Below are positions 63,396-64,000 of a stretch of DNA of 64,000 nucleotides, in pieces (position 1 is the first letter of the stretch; each line of letters begins with the position of its first letter). The position numbers were made by a program, and so were the translations under genes. The notes under the pieces were generated by a model. The model searched no databases and was not told the origin of the DNA. It saw only the letters and a program-made list of their open reading frames with translations. Source of the DNA: Octopus sinensis (taxonomy: Eukaryota); contig NC_043002.1 of the NCBI RefSeq assembly GCF_006345805.1, positions 119,536,001-119,600,000 on the forward strand. Direction: 5' to 3'.

Positions 63396-64000
63396 TCTCT
63401 TTTTATTGTATCTATCAATGTATCTTTTCTCTTTCTATTTCTTTAATTCTGTTTCTTGTTCTCCTTTCTTTTCACGCCATATTCAAGAAATCTGCTGCCT
63501 GCACTTCCATAATATCAAGTAAAATTAGTGGCGTCGATACAGACCACATTTTGCTGATACAGACCATACTTTCCCATATCGACCAACATCCACAGTTTTG
63601 CCCTTTGTTTTAAGATGGCGTCCATTTCCTACAAACTTAAAATCGCTATTTCCACAAAGAAAATTCAAAAGCAAATTTCATCAGAATGTGATATTTATGT
63701 TTCAACTCGGGTGTTGATACACAACCAGTTCTGTGTTGCTCTCGATAAAATTGGTGATCGTTCGAATATGAAGAGTCTTCTTATGAATTTGCTACAGGAA
63801 GAGAATATCCTTAGGTGTTTCAAATATGAAAATGTTAGATTCACAAAAAATGATGCTCACACAGATATTGCTTGATTATAAAAATTTCCTGTTTGTGGAA
63901 AGTTGTATATAAAAAGAAAAAAGCAAATAAAAACTAAGATGCATTTCTTGCTATTAAGTGTTACTTTTCTTTCAACATTGTTTGCCTTCCTTTTACTTCT

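Noticed and set aside
63640-63690. CTGATGA...GAAA on the minus strand
   Set aside because: No helices I, II or III form
1-64000. CRISPR array, rRNA or prokaryotic operon
   Set aside because: No repeat-spacer array or rRNA-like sequence; the content is eukaryotic repeat-rich DNA

Overview
AT-rich, microsatellite-saturated metazoan DNA. The SINE families, (TA)/(TATG)/(TATC) arrays and TE spectrum are most consistent with an Octopus genome (inferred from recalled repeat families, not from a database search). I cannot confidently identify any intact host protein-coding gene; most ORFs in the supplied track are microsatellite or antisense-repeat artefacts. Supported content: at least 4 tRNA-derived SINE families (>20 copies), a decayed Tx1/L1-clade LINE plus further copies or fragments, RTE and CR1 LINE remnants, Penelope-like element (PLE) RT and GIY-YIG fragments, DD37D (maT) and DD34D mariner relics, Helitron-type non-autonomous elements, MITEs/foldbacks and a 1493-bp tandem duplication. 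Two signals stand out. (1) About a dozen type I hammerhead ribozyme motifs from roughly 8 unrelated sequence families. Several have an intact core, two diverged copies show compensatory base changes in stems I and III, and most are followed by an AT-rich tail ending at (TA)n. (2) A Tx1-like LINE family whose copies sit inside (TATC)n/(GATA)n microsatellites at both ends, suggesting GATA-repeat target specificity. All calls were made by eye, and boundaries of degraded repeats may be off by several to tens of bases.
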